A stretch of DNA of 64,000 nt from a virus (lineage: Duplodnaviria; Caudoviricetes). The DNA lies in the IMG/VR virus record IMGVR_UViG_3300032317_000216, positions 32,001-96,000 of that record; one strand, given 5' to 3'. Shown piece after piece: positions 37,352 to 47,932 of this stretch; the first letter of the stretch is position 1; each line of letters begins with the position of its first letter. Position numbers and translations under genes: made by a program. The notes under the pieces were generated by a model, which saw nothing but the letters and a program-made list of their open reading frames with translations, ran no database searches and had not been told where the DNA came from.

Positions 37352-38206
37352 ATGCCTAAAATAGGAGTTGGTATAGTTACATGTGATAGGTTTAACTATC
37401 TCGAGAAATGTCTTTTATCTCTTCCAGACTTCGACGGGCCCATAGTTATTGTTAATGATGGTAAACAGAATATAGAGGCAGAAATTAAAAAACTACACTC
37501 TAGAGAAAAAATTCACTTAATACAGCATGCTGTAAATAAAGGTGTAGGTATAAGCAAAAATGATGCTCTTACATATCTCTTGAGTCAAGATGTTGAACAT
37601 CTCTTTCTCCTTGAAGACGATATAATTATTCTCGACAAAACAATTTTTCAGAAGTATATTGATGCATCAGTAGTATCAGGTATAAAGCATTTTAACTACG
37701 GTCCTGGTAGCCCTTTTAATAGAAAGCAAGATCCTAGCACATTTTACGATCTGCATAATAGGCATCTTTGCAATCAACACTCTGAACCTAATCCAAAAAA
37801 AATCATTGACTATGGTAATGATATCAAGATATCTCTCTTTGAACACACAGTGGCAATGTTCTCATATTTTCATCGCAAGGTATTAGAGGATGTTGGTCTC
37901 CATGATGAACAGTTTTACAATGCATGGGAACACGTTGATCTTACATATAGAATTATTAAAGCAGGGTATCATCCACCGTTTTGGTGGTTTGCAGATATAT
38001 TTGATTCTCATAAATTTCTTACAGAAGCACCTGATGCTATCAATAATAGTAGCATTGCAGATAAAAAAGAACAATGGAGTAAAAATGTTTATGGTGGTAG
38101 AGAAAAATATAAAGTAAAGCATGGTCATTACCCCAATCAACCCCCCTTCACCTCAGAACAACAAGTCATTGATACACTTAAAAAACTTAAGAAACAATCA
38201 AAATGA
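37352..38206 (+). CDS. GT2 glycosyltransferase
   Basis: IVTCDR, IVNDG, NKGVGISKN, LLEDD, VGLHDE, EHVDL. Confidence 0.88.
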   Translation: MPKIGVGIVTCDRFNYLEKCLLSLPDFDGPIVIVNDGKQNIEAEIKKLHSREKIHLIQHAVNKGVGISKNDALTYLLSQDVEHLFLLEDDIIILDKTIFQKYIDASVVSGIKHFNYGPGSPFNRKQDPSTFYDLHNRHLCNQHSEPNPKKIIDYGNDIKISLFEHTVAMFSYFHRKVLEDVGLHDEQFYNAWEHVDLTYRIIKAGYHPPFWWFADIFDSHKFLTEAPDAINNSSIADKKEQWSKNVYGGREKYKVKHGHYPNQPPFTSEQQVIDTLKKLKKQSK

Positions 38207-38802
38207 ACACAATTTCAGTTTTTCTCACAACTATCGGCAAGCCAACACTAGCCAACATGCTCAAGAGTTTAATTAATGAACTTGAAGCTAACGACTTTCT
38301 TTATATAGCTATAGATGGTAAAGAATACTACGATCAAGCCAATAAGCAAATTACCCAGTACATTAATGACTTTAAGTGTAATATAACAGTTTTTTATATA
38401 GAAAAAAATCTTGGTTATTGGGGCCATGGTTGCAGAAATTTCTACCAAAAAAATCTTAAGGGAGATTTTATTCTGCATGGTGATGATGATGATGTATATA
38501 TAAGAGGTTCTTTTAAAAAGATAAGAGAGGCTATAGATGTTTCTGATAAACAATCAATTATATTTTTCAGAATTATTGGTGATTATAGACATGATGACTT
38601 TGTATGGAAAGACCCTTCTCTTAGACACGGAAACATCGGTACACCCTGTGGTTTAATTCCTAATATTCCCGACAAGATGGGCAATTGGGAATGCAGATAT
38701 GGTGGTGATTTTTCTTTTTATACATCTTGCAAATTCAATCATATATTCTGTGAAGAAAAAATATATGTCGTTAATCCATTAGGGACAAACTATCCACTAT
38801 GA
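38203..38802 (+). CDS. GT2-like glycosyltransferase
   Basis: IAIDG, WGHGCRN, GDFILHGDDDD, YGGD. Confidence 0.8.
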   Translation: MNTISVFLTTIGKPTLANMLKSLINELEANDFLYIAIDGKEYYDQANKQITQYINDFKCNITVFYIEKNLGYWGHGCRNFYQKNLKGDFILHGDDDDVYIRGSFKKIREAIDVSDKQSIIFFRIIGDYRHDDFVWKDPSLRHGNIGTPCGLIPNIPDKMGNWECRYGGDFSFYTSCKFNHIFCEEKIYVVNPLGTNYPL

Positions 38803-39434
38803 CTGTAATAATTTTATCAAATACAAAAAATCCTTCATACTACTACATGCTTAAAGAATGTATTGATTCTATTCGTCTTTCAAAATGTATTAAAAAGATA
38901 ATTGTAGTGGAAACAAATTGTAAATTGAAGAACAAGCATATTGATTTGAATGCTGAATTTTTATTTCCTTGTATTGACTTTAATTATAACAAGTTTTTAA
39001 ATGTCGCGTTTGAACATATTGATAATAAAGAGGACAAACTAGCTATCTCCAATAATGACGTTATTTATGAACCTGGATGTTTTGATGAACTTGATAGAGC
39101 ACTTTTAACCTATGATTCTGTTAGCCCCACAACAAGACAGATTATAGCAAAGGACAAGTTTACAGAAGGATATGATATAGAGAAAATAGTCATGGGCTGG
39201 TGCATAGCTATGAATAGATTTGTTCAAAAGAAAATTGGCTTATTTGATGAAAAATTTTCTTTTTGGTATCAGGATAATGACTATGCCAATACTTTAAAAA
39301 AATTAAACCTTAAACATGCAAGAGTTAACAGTGCTTACGCTCTTCATAAATACCAACAGAGCCATAAACTTTTAGAAAATAGTTACGCATATACGCATGG
39401 ATTGTCTGAGTTGTTTAATGAAAAATGGGGGTAA
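38799..39434 (+). CDS. GT2-like glycosyltransferase
   Basis: IVVET, FNYNKFLN, SNNDV, GLFDE.F.FWYQDND. Confidence 0.82.
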   Translation: MTVIILSNTKNPSYYYMLKECIDSIRLSKCIKKIIVVETNCKLKNKHIDLNAEFLFPCIDFNYNKFLNVAFEHIDNKEDKLAISNNDVIYEPGCFDELDRALLTYDSVSPTTRQIIAKDKFTEGYDIEKIVMGWCIAMNRFVQKKIGLFDEKFSFWYQDNDYANTLKKLNLKHARVNSAYALHKYQQSHKLLENSYAYTHGLSELFNEKWG

Positions 39435-40030
39435 ATAATTTTATGATAGATAATAATAGAGAAGTGCAAGAATGTAATATTAATAAATGGAATGGTTATT
39501 ATGTGAATTTACCTGATGGTCCATCTGCATTTCTCTACGGTGACACTGTAACATATGAAAAAGCTGCCTCTTTTTTACACGATTGTAAGACAGTTGAAGA
39601 CTGGGGATGTGGCGGTGGCGGGTTTTTGAGATTTAGGAAAGACGCTATAGGGGTAGATGGCAGTGATACTAAGTTTGCTATTAAAAAATTTATTGATCTT
39701 AAAACTTATAGTTCAGATTGTGATGGTATACACATGAGACATGTTCTTGAACATAATTATGCGTGGAAAAACATTCTTAAAAATGCATTAAATAGTGCTA
39801 AAGAAAAACTTGTTATAACATTCTTTATACCTGTTAATGATAAAGGGGTGACTGTGGAAATCTCACATAACAAGCCATTAGGCGTAGATGTACCTGACTT
39901 ATCTATATCTGAAGAAGAGTTTCTTAATGTCCTAAGAGAACATAGACCTAAAATATCAAAAGTTGAAACATTAACACTCTCCTCTAACACACAATACGGG
40001 AAAGAACAAATATTCTATATAACAAAATAA
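39425..40030 (+). CDS. class I SAM methyltransferase
   Basis: VEDWGCGGG, IGVDGS, RHVLEH. Confidence 0.78.
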   Translation: MGVNNFMIDNNREVQECNINKWNGYYVNLPDGPSAFLYGDTVTYEKAASFLHDCKTVEDWGCGGGGFLRFRKDAIGVDGSDTKFAIKKFIDLKTYSSDCDGIHMRHVLEHNYAWKNILKNALNSAKEKLVITFFIPVNDKGVTVEISHNKPLGVDVPDLSISEEEFLNVLREHRPKISKVETLTLSSNTQYGKEQIFYITK

Positions 40031-40045
40031 CTATTTGTTTTAATT

Positions 40046-40696
40046 ATGACTCGTACAGAAAAATATAATTTTAAAATACAAAAAAATCAACACAAAGTTG
40101 ATGTGCCGCTAACATGGGAAGATTCAAGTGAAAAAAATACACTTGATCTATTTGAAGCTTGTTGCTTAAACTTAAAAAACCGCAACTATAATCAATACTC
40201 CATGATTGAGCTTGGTTCTAACTGGTGTTACTATTCGCTTCTCTTTAAGCATATTCTCGGAAAAGAAAAAACACTTAACATCATGGTTGAACCCATAGAA
40301 GATAGTCTTCAACTCGGCAGAGATCATTTTGCGCTCAATAATTGTGAAGGTATTTTCTATCAAAAAGGCATTACTGATACAATGGAGTATTACGGCAAAC
40401 AAATAAAATTAGACTCTATATCTCTTGATAAAATTTTAAAGCAAAATACGATAACATGTACTGATATTTTGCATGCAGATATAGATAGTTGCGAGGTTAC
40501 TTTAATAGAAAAAAATATAGAGTTTTTTCAAGAAGGAAAAGCAAAAAATATCTTTATTCTCACTCACGGTGATTATTATGCAAATACATGTAAAGAATAT
40601 TTCAAACAATTCCCATATAATCTTGTTGCAGAATATCCCTACGGTACACAATGTGGTGATGGGCTGTTAGTATATAAGCTGTCAACAAATAATTAA
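40046..40696 (+). CDS. FkbM-like methyltransferase
   Basis: MIELGS, MVEP, ISLD.I, DILHADID..E, ILTH. Confidence 0.72.
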   Translation: MTRTEKYNFKIQKNQHKVDVPLTWEDSSEKNTLDLFEACCLNLKNRNYNQYSMIELGSNWCYYSLLFKHILGKEKTLNIMVEPIEDSLQLGRDHFALNNCEGIFYQKGITDTMEYYGKQIKLDSISLDKILKQNTITCTDILHADIDSCEVTLIEKNIEFFQEGKAKNIFILTHGDYYANTCKEYFKQFPYNLVAEYPYGTQCGDGLLVYKLSTNN

Positions 40697-40697
40697 A

Positions 40698-41432
40698 ATG
40701 AAAATTGCATTAATGTGCCCTACTAGAAATAGACTTAATAAGTTGCTCACACTTATTTCTAGTCTTGTTACTACTATAAAGAGCAAAGATGTTTTTCTTG
40801 TTTTGGGTGTTGATGAAGATGATCCTGCGAAGAATTACTATTCCTACTTGAGTAACAATATTCCATTTATCAAGACAATTGTCTTTAAAAATGAAGGCAA
40901 ATTTCTCGGGTTATCAACTATGTGGAATAGTATGGTTAAGCAAATAGATTCAGATATTTACGCTATGATAGGTGATGATATGATGTTTATGACGCCTGAC
41001 TGGGATGAACAAATTATTAAAGAATTTAAAAATGGACCAAAAGATAAAATTATGATGCTTCATTGCAATGACGGCATGAGAGGACCAGGTAACAAATATG
41101 CCAATGTACCACCTCTTTGTGTTAATTTTTTCATTCATAAAAACTATATAAACACAGCTGGCTACTTTGTTGAGCCTTACATGGAAAATACACATCATGA
41201 TACATGGCCTCAGATTATCTTTGATAAATTACAGAGAACAGTCTACCGACATGATGTCTTGATAAAACACTTACACTATAGTGAAACAACAGGTAAAATG
41301 GATAATATAAGTAATAACCTTGAAACACTAAGAACTAATATTTGGAATAATGATAGTTGGATTCAAAAATATAAAAATGAAATGGATGAAGAATATATAA
41401 AATTAAAAACTTATATTGAAAACTTTAAATGA
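40698..41432 (+). CDS. GT-A fold glycosyltransferase
   Basis: CPTRNR, GVDEDD, MIGDDM, WD, HHDTW, IKHLHY. Confidence 0.8.
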   Translation: MKIALMCPTRNRLNKLLTLISSLVTTIKSKDVFLVLGVDEDDPAKNYYSYLSNNIPFIKTIVFKNEGKFLGLSTMWNSMVKQIDSDIYAMIGDDMMFMTPDWDEQIIKEFKNGPKDKIMMLHCNDGMRGPGNKYANVPPLCVNFFIHKNYINTAGYFVEPYMENTHHDTWPQIIFDKLQRTVYRHDVLIKHLHYSETTGKMDNISNNLETLRTNIWNNDSWIQKYKNEMDEEYIKLKTYIENFK

Positions 41433-42088
41433 AAATTTATACACATTATAGTGACAGTCACAAGAGTGTGTATGATAACTTCAAACACACTTTAAGAAAT
41501 ATATATTCTGTAGAACAAGCAGCAATTAGAGTATTATATCATCCTCAGACAACAAAGAACGGGGCTTTTATGACCCAAGGATGGCTCGATTCAATGGAAT
41601 ATAAGCTTAATTTAATAATAGATGCAATAAATGAAAACAAAGATAGTTGGTTTGTTTTTGCAGATTGTGATATACAATTCTTTAACCCATTCCTAAATGA
41701 TCTTGAGAACAATCTTCAAAATGCAGATATTGCCTGTCAAGAAGACAGAGGAAGCTTATGCGCAGGTTTTTTTGCTTGTCAGGGTAATTTAAAAGCTGCT
41801 AATCTTTTTGAAACAATAAAAAAGAATTTTAGACGCTTAGTAAACGATCAAGTAGCACTCAACGATCTCAAACATCTCGCTACCTGTAAGATGTTAGATA
41901 ATAAAAAATATTATACTATTGGAAATTTTTTTAATAATAATGATGGTACATATAATTGGGACAATAATACCAATATAATACCCCCAAAAGAAATGCTTGT
42001 TCATCATGCCAACTATGTGGTTGGTGTAGAGAATAAGCAAAAACTTCTTAAGATGATTAAGCATAACTATGAAAATTTGGTTCGATAA
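41429..42088 (+). CDS. nucleotide-diphospho-sugar transferase (GT77-like)
   Basis: FADCDIQF, CAGFF, NDQVALN, HHANY..G...K. Confidence 0.78.
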   Translation: MKIYTHYSDSHKSVYDNFKHTLRNIYSVEQAAIRVLYHPQTTKNGAFMTQGWLDSMEYKLNLIIDAINENKDSWFVFADCDIQFFNPFLNDLENNLQNADIACQEDRGSLCAGFFACQGNLKAANLFETIKKNFRRLVNDQVALNDLKHLATCKMLDNKKYYTIGNFFNNNDGTYNWDNNTNIIPPKEMLVHHANYVVGVENKQKLLKMIKHNYENLVR

Positions 42089-42977
42089 AGATAAAACTAA
42101 TTTTAAAAAATTTACTTCAGAGCAATTTTTGCTTCTACCTCTGTTTAGAGATGAAGTAATTAACAAAGATAATGATTTTAAGTATAACAATCAATGGAAA
42201 GAGTCTATTGGCAAGCTTGTAAGCCTTACATCAAAAGAAGATTGCGATGTTTTTTTATTTCCTGAAAAATTAAATGAAAAAATAAATGAATATATAATTG
42301 AATCAAAAAAATATAATAAAAAAATAATAGCTTTTTTTAATGATGATTATGACAAGCCCTCTTGCTTAGATAATAATGTAATTTTATATAGAACATCTCT
42401 TTTTAAATCAAAACAAAAAAACAATGAATATGCAATGCCAGCCTGGAGTCAAGATTTTACTGACGTAATACCGTTTAAACCAAGAGTAAAAAAAGATATA
42501 CCCACAGTTAGTTTTTGTGGTTTTTTTTCAGACCCTATAAGAAGCAAGAGTATTGAGATTTTAAATAAAAATAAAAATATAGAAACTAATTTTATAATTA
42601 GAGAAGCTTTCTGGGGTGGTAATCCCCATAATACTTCTATAAGAAATGAGTATATTAATAACATAATAAATTCAGATCTCGTCCTATGTACAAGAGGTGC
42701 TGGTAATTTTTCTTATAGGCTCTATGAAGCATTATCATGCGGAAGAATTCCTATTTTTATAGATACTGACTGTGCTTTGCCTTGCGAAGATAAAATAAAT
42801 TGGAAAGATCTCTGTATTTTTATTGAGGATATTAACAATCTTAACACACATATTAATAACTTTTGGCAAAACATTACACCAAGCGAGTATACAGACAGAC
42901 AAATACATGCAAGACAAGCATATGAAGAATTCCTGTCTCCTAATGGATTTGCCAAATATGTAAGCTATAATATCTAA
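42069..42977 (+). CDS. exostosin-like (GT47) glycosyltransferase
   Basis: SFCG...R, SDLVLCTRGAGNFSYRLYEALSCGRIPIFI, LP. Confidence 0.82.
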   Translation: MKIWFDKDKTNFKKFTSEQFLLLPLFRDEVINKDNDFKYNNQWKESIGKLVSLTSKEDCDVFLFPEKLNEKINEYIIESKKYNKKIIAFFNDDYDKPSCLDNNVILYRTSLFKSKQKNNEYAMPAWSQDFTDVIPFKPRVKKDIPTVSFCGFFSDPIRSKSIEILNKNKNIETNFIIREAFWGGNPHNTSIRNEYINNIINSDLVLCTRGAGNFSYRLYEALSCGRIPIFIDTDCALPCEDKINWKDLCIFIEDINNLNTHINNFWQNITPSEYTDRQIHARQAYEEFLSPNGFAKYVSYNI

Positions 42978-43847
42978 ATGGTTGTATCGTTTTTTGAAGA
43001 CATTTTTCAGTATGAAAAATTTCCTGTTGAATATGAATGCTTTAATCAATTAAAAGGTTTTAATAACTTAAACTATGTAGCGGTACCATGGACACAGATA
43101 TTAAATGGACATTGGCTGGATTATCCAAATAAACAGCCAGCAGAATATTACTATAGAACATTAAGCAAATATAAAATACAACAAGAGAATAACTTCACTA
43201 TATGTCAACATGATAGCTACATGATGCTTAAGCTTTATTTTAAACACCTCAAAATAACAAAAGTTTTTTCACCACTACATGACTGCAGTAATAACATGCC
43301 AGAAATAACTATTTTGCCTATACCCTTTACAAGTTCTTTTAACTTTAAGCAAGTTAATAAAGATATACACTTCTCTTTTATTGGGACACACACCTCTCAC
43401 CCCATCCGGATAGATATGAAATCTCGGATTTTTGGTCCTAATATTATTTACAGAGATAGCTACCATGTTGATTCAAATGTTATTATTGGTAATAAAAATA
43501 CAAAACTCGCAGAAGAGAGGGAATACCAAGATGTTTTGCAGAGAAGTCGCTTTTCTCTTTGCCCGCGTGGAAGTTCTGTATCTTCGGTTAGATTTTGGGA
43601 AAGTATGCATGCACAAGCTATACCCATCTTAATTTCAGATAACTGGGTGTTACCTGAATGGGATTGGGAGAATACTGTTGTGCATATAAAAGAAAGTGAT
43701 TTTAATAAAATGAAATATAATGATATAGAAGCTCTTCTTAGTAGCATACCTAGTGAAAGAGAAGATAAAATGAGACAGAATTGTTTGGAAGCGCATAAAA
43801 AGTTTAACACAACTAATTTCGGTAACTACGTAAAAGCACATCTATAA
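42978..43847 (+). CDS. exostosin-like (GT47) glycosyltransferase
   Basis: FSFIG..SHPIR, SRFSLCPRG....RFWESM..AIPILISD.W.LP. Confidence 0.85.
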   Translation: MVVSFFEDIFQYEKFPVEYECFNQLKGFNNLNYVAVPWTQILNGHWLDYPNKQPAEYYYRTLSKYKIQQENNFTICQHDSYMMLKLYFKHLKITKVFSPLHDCSNNMPEITILPIPFTSSFNFKQVNKDIHFSFIGTHTSHPIRIDMKSRIFGPNIIYRDSYHVDSNVIIGNKNTKLAEEREYQDVLQRSRFSLCPRGSSVSSVRFWESMHAQAIPILISDNWVLPEWDWENTVVHIKESDFNKMKYNDIEALLSSIPSEREDKMRQNCLEAHKKFNTTNFGNYVKAHL

Positions 43848-43850
43848 AAT

Positions 43851-44741
43851 ATGAATGTTTACTATGAAGATACTTTCTTAAGAGGATCAGATATAACAGA
43901 ATGCTTCAAGAAAGCATATAAATTTGCATCGCCTGAAACTTGCGACTATTTTTTATGTACGTCTATAGATAACGACATTTGTAATGTAAAAGATGCGCTA
44001 AAATCATTTATTCTCAAAGCAAAAACAAATAATAAAAAAGTTATTTTTCTCGGTCAAGGTGATATCGAAGAAGGGTATATACCTGAAACAATAGGCTATA
44101 ACTTCAAAAATAACTTGCTTAAAACTAAAAAATTTAAAAATGAATTCTCTCTTACATCTTTATCAGAAGAAAGAGTACCTGACAAAAAATTTATACCATA
44201 TGTTGGTGAGTGTTCTGTAGGTTTTTGTGGTGCAAGCGACAGATTTGATAGAGAAAAATATTTAATGAATCTTAGAAATTCTCACTTAAAAACAAACTTT
44301 ATTATTAAAAATGGCCCTAAGTGGGGAACCTCCTCTCATGCAGAGTGCGCAAATGAAGAAACTACAAGAAGAATTCAAGAAGAATCAATAGATATTTTTT
44401 ATAAAAATATGACTGAAAATCTGTTTACTCTTTGTGTAAGAGGCTGGGGCAACTACAGCTACCGTTTTTGCCAAACTATTTGCATGGGCAGAATACCTGT
44501 TCTTATAGATACAGACTGCGTTCTTCCTTTTGAAGAAATTTTTAATTATAATGATTATATAGTTAGAGTTGCCCCTGATCAAAATATTGCACAAGCTATA
44601 GATAATTTCTATGCTATTAATAAAGAAAAACTAATTAATATACAAGAACAACTTTACCAATTTGGCAATGAATATCTTACACCCGTAGGTTTTATGCAAA
44701 ATCTTCATAAATTAATAGAGAAATATGAGTGTAGTAATTAA
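43851..44741 (+). CDS. exostosin-like (GT47) glycosyltransferase
   Basis: GFCG, FTLCVRGWGNYSYRF...MGRIPVLIDTDCVLPF; paralogous to 42069..42977. Confidence 0.8.
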   Translation: MNVYYEDTFLRGSDITECFKKAYKFASPETCDYFLCTSIDNDICNVKDALKSFILKAKTNNKKVIFLGQGDIEEGYIPETIGYNFKNNLLKTKKFKNEFSLTSLSEERVPDKKFIPYVGECSVGFCGASDRFDREKYLMNLRNSHLKTNFIIKNGPKWGTSSHAECANEETTRRIQEESIDIFYKNMTENLFTLCVRGWGNYSYRFCQTICMGRIPVLIDTDCVLPFEEIFNYNDYIVRVAPDQNIAQAIDNFYAINKEKLINIQEQLYQFGNEYLTPVGFMQNLHKLIEKYECSN

Positions 44742-45537
44742 AAAAAGCATGGGAAGATTTGGAAACCAATTGTTTCCTTATTTTACTGGCAGAATAATTT
44801 CTGAAAATTTAAAATTTAAACTTTATGGCCCCACTGAGTCTGATAGAGAATTTATGCTTCATGGCTTAGATTTGAATTACAATAAAAAAGAATATGCTCA
44901 ATATGAAGAGCCTGTACAGCTTTTAGGGGACCATAGTAATTCTGATCATTTCTATCACAGCGATATAAACCATTTTAATAAACTCTGCCATCCTAATTTC
45001 AATATTCTTGATATTATAAATGATAACACACCAAGAAAAATAATACTAGATGGATATTTTCAGCGCAAAGGCTTTTTTTTACCTTTTAGAGAAAATATTA
45101 TTGAATGGTTCAATCCAACAATCTATTCAGTAAATGATACAGATACAGCTATTCACATACGTTTAGGAGATCTGCTTTTTCCTAACTTGAGAAAACACTT
45201 ACTTCCACCGGATTACTATGAAGAAGCTATCAAACTTTGCCCAACAGGCAAGCTGACCATATGCACAGACTCTCCTGAAAATATATTCATACAATACCTA
45301 GTAAAAAAATATAACGCTACTGTATTTAAAGACACAGAAAAAAATACAATTTCTTTTCTAGCAGCTCATAATAATTTAATTTTAAGTCAAGGATCATTTA
45401 GCTTTTGGGCAGGATTTATGTGTAATGGTTCTAATATTATTAATGCGCTGCCAAAGACTGGATGGAATAGTAGCGTGGATGATGTTGATGTTGATGTGCT
45501 TTTAACAGGTGAAAAATACAAATATATTAAATTATGA
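44725..45537 (+). CDS. GT11 alpha-1,2-fucosyltransferase-like protein
   Basis: GRFGNQLF, GYFQ, IHIRLGD, YYEEA, SFSFWAG. Confidence 0.85.
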   Translation: MSVVIKKSMGRFGNQLFPYFTGRIISENLKFKLYGPTESDREFMLHGLDLNYNKKEYAQYEEPVQLLGDHSNSDHFYHSDINHFNKLCHPNFNILDIINDNTPRKIILDGYFQRKGFFLPFRENIIEWFNPTIYSVNDTDTAIHIRLGDLLFPNLRKHLLPPDYYEEAIKLCPTGKLTICTDSPENIFIQYLVKKYNATVFKDTEKNTISFLAAHNNLILSQGSFSFWAGFMCNGSNIINALPKTGWNSSVDDVDVDVLLTGEKYKYIKL

Positions 45538-46343
45538 ACAATTTTCTACTTGTACATATTGGTGACTCTTTACCAAATTTTTTAAAAACATGCATTCGAC
45601 AAATTCAATTAACAAACAAAAATGCTGATATTATTCTAGCAACAAATTTAAATGTACAAGCACCTGGTATTAACTGTGTTAATATAAACAAGCTACAGCT
45701 TAAAGACACAGGGAGCTATTTTCAATATAATCCAGATCCACTATGGATTACTTCATTAAAAAGAATTTTTATAATAGACCATATAATGCAAAAATTTAAT
45801 TTGAAGAATACTGTTCACATTGATAATGATGTGCTTGTATACAATAATATTGATGAAATAAAAGACAAATTAATTGAACCACTCTATATTACACCTCATA
45901 AAAAAACAGAGTTTACTTTTGGTTTTTCTTTTGCCAGAGAATCTAATGCTTTCTCTCTTTTATCAGAAAATATTTATAGATTAATCATGCTTGGTGAAAA
46001 CGAAGTTAAAAAGCTTACTGGAGATGAAACACATGAAATGAGATTGCTTGGCTACACAAATAATAGAAATATTACCCCTTTACCAATTCATCCTAAAATA
46101 GGGCAGCCTATTAACAACTTTATTTTTGACCCCTCTTCTTATGGACAATATTTAGATGGTACACCTAGTGGTCATTTGCCTGGGTTTATTGATCCACTGC
46201 AGATAGCGGGTAGTATATTTAAAGATGAAAATCCAGAAATATTGTTTATTAATAAAAAACCAATTCTTAAACACAACAATAATATTTATAATATCTTTAA
46301 TCTGCATATACACAGCAAACAACTTTCAAAATATGAAATTTGA
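45534..46343 (+). CDS. putative GT-A glycosyltransferase
   Basis: HIDNDV, EM..L, IFDPSSYGQYL.G, NLHIHSK. Confidence 0.6.
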   Translation: MNNFLLVHIGDSLPNFLKTCIRQIQLTNKNADIILATNLNVQAPGINCVNINKLQLKDTGSYFQYNPDPLWITSLKRIFIIDHIMQKFNLKNTVHIDNDVLVYNNIDEIKDKLIEPLYITPHKKTEFTFGFSFARESNAFSLLSENIYRLIMLGENEVKKLTGDETHEMRLLGYTNNRNITPLPIHPKIGQPINNFIFDPSSYGQYLDGTPSGHLPGFIDPLQIAGSIFKDENPEILFINKKPILKHNNNIYNIFNLHIHSKQLSKYEI

Positions 46344-47055
46344 TATAGTTATACCCTATCATAGTAAAGATGAATATACAATTAAAAATTGCGTTAATTC
46401 ATGCTCACATATTAAAGAAAAACAAAATATTTTTATTGTATCTAAAAAAGAACTCAATGTTCCTGGTACTATTTGGATTAATGAAAATATATTTCCATTT
46501 AATACAGAAAAAATAATAAAGCTTAATTCCAGCATTCCAGAGCATAGGGCTGGTTGGTACTTGCAGCAATTAATAAAATTATATTCTTTTATTATACCAA
46601 ATATAACGGATAATTTTTTAGTATTAGATTCTGATGTAATTTTTCAAAAAGATATAACTTTTTTTAGAGATAATATACCCTTGTATTCATTTTCAAATGA
46701 ATATACTCATGAATATTTTGAATGTATGAATTTGCTTAATTCTTTCTTTGAAAGAAGTGTTAATGTATCAGGCATATGTCATCACATGATGTTTGAGAAA
46801 GAAATTTTGTTGGAGATTTTTAAGCTTATTGAGAAGCCTAATAAAGAAATTTGGGAATCAATTATAGAAAATATTAAAAACTGGCACCATGGTTTTTCAG
46901 AATATGAATTATATTTTCATTACATAAATAAAAAATACCCTAAAAAATATTCCATTAGAAAGCTATACTATGAAGATGTTGATGATTTTATGACACATAC
47001 GCCAAGTAATAATTTAGATTATATAGCAAATCATGCATGGAGACGTCAAAAATAA
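46333..47055 (+). CDS. putative GT-A glycosyltransferase (DUF6492-like)
   Basis: DIVIP, GWYLQQLIKL, VLDSD, HHM, FSEYELY. Start ATG 46333. Confidence 0.65.
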   Translation: MKFDIVIPYHSKDEYTIKNCVNSCSHIKEKQNIFIVSKKELNVPGTIWINENIFPFNTEKIIKLNSSIPEHRAGWYLQQLIKLYSFIIPNITDNFLVLDSDVIFQKDITFFRDNIPLYSFSNEYTHEYFECMNLLNSFFERSVNVSGICHHMMFEKEILLEIFKLIEKPNKEIWESIIENIKNWHHGFSEYELYFHYINKKYPKKYSIRKLYYEDVDDFMTHTPSNNLDYIANHAWRRQK

Positions 47056-47056
47056 A

Positions 47057-47929
47057 ATGAATTTTATTACTGGAGAAAAACTTCAAGAATTTGCACATGT
47101 AACAGTGGCTCTTAATACTGAAAATAATTACAACTCAGAGTTAGTTCAGACTCAAATAAGAAATACTAAAACACGGTGCTTTGTTTTTAGTCCCTATAAA
47201 ACAGATGTTGTAATACCCTCAGAGCTAAGAACAGCTAAAATTGTTTTTACTTACCCTCATATTCTAGATTATTTTTTTAATTATGTTTTTCCTCAAATAG
47301 ATGGACCTATTACTCTTATCACTCACAATAGCGATGTAGGCGTTGATTCAAGGTATATACCTTTCTTAAATTCAAATAAAATAAATAGATGGTTTTGTCA
47401 GAATAAATCCACCATACACTCAAAACTTTCTTCTCTTCCTATAGGAATTGCAAATAGACAATGGCCTCACGGCAATATACAAAATATTGAAGAAATTATA
47501 AAATTAAATTTACCGAAAAATAATCTCGCTTTAAAAACTTTTGATTTGTCCACAAATACCCAACACAGGCAACAAATAAACATTCAAACAGAGCAAAATG
47601 GGTTTGTAATGTCGCCGCCTATGCCTCATATTGAATATCTCAAACAACTCAAGCAATCTTATTTCTGTTTTTCCCCATTTGGAGGAGGTGCTGATTGTCA
47701 TAGAATATGGGAGTGTCTTTATTTAGGCTGTGTTCCTATTGTACCAAAACATGAATATGTTTTTAGAGACTTTGAAGAACTTCCAATTCTTTTTGTAGAT
47801 AATTTTGCCACCATTACAAAAGATTATTTAAAATTAAGAATACCCGAATTCTTTCCTTTTGACAATTTCAATTTAAACAAATTAGATTTAAATTACTGGA
47901 AAAAAGAGATATGTGGGCATATAATATAA
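47057..47929 (+). CDS. exostosin/GT47-related glycosyltransferase
   Basis: LITHNSD, PIGIAN, FCFSPFGGGADCHRIWECLYLGCVPIV, LPILFV. Confidence 0.72.
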   Translation: MNFITGEKLQEFAHVTVALNTENNYNSELVQTQIRNTKTRCFVFSPYKTDVVIPSELRTAKIVFTYPHILDYFFNYVFPQIDGPITLITHNSDVGVDSRYIPFLNSNKINRWFCQNKSTIHSKLSSLPIGIANRQWPHGNIQNIEEIIKLNLPKNNLALKTFDLSTNTQHRQQINIQTEQNGFVMSPPMPHIEYLKQLKQSYFCFSPFGGGADCHRIWECLYLGCVPIVPKHEYVFRDFEELPILFVDNFATITKDYLKLRIPEFFPFDNFNLNKLDLNYWKKEICGHII

Positions 47930-47932
47930 ATT

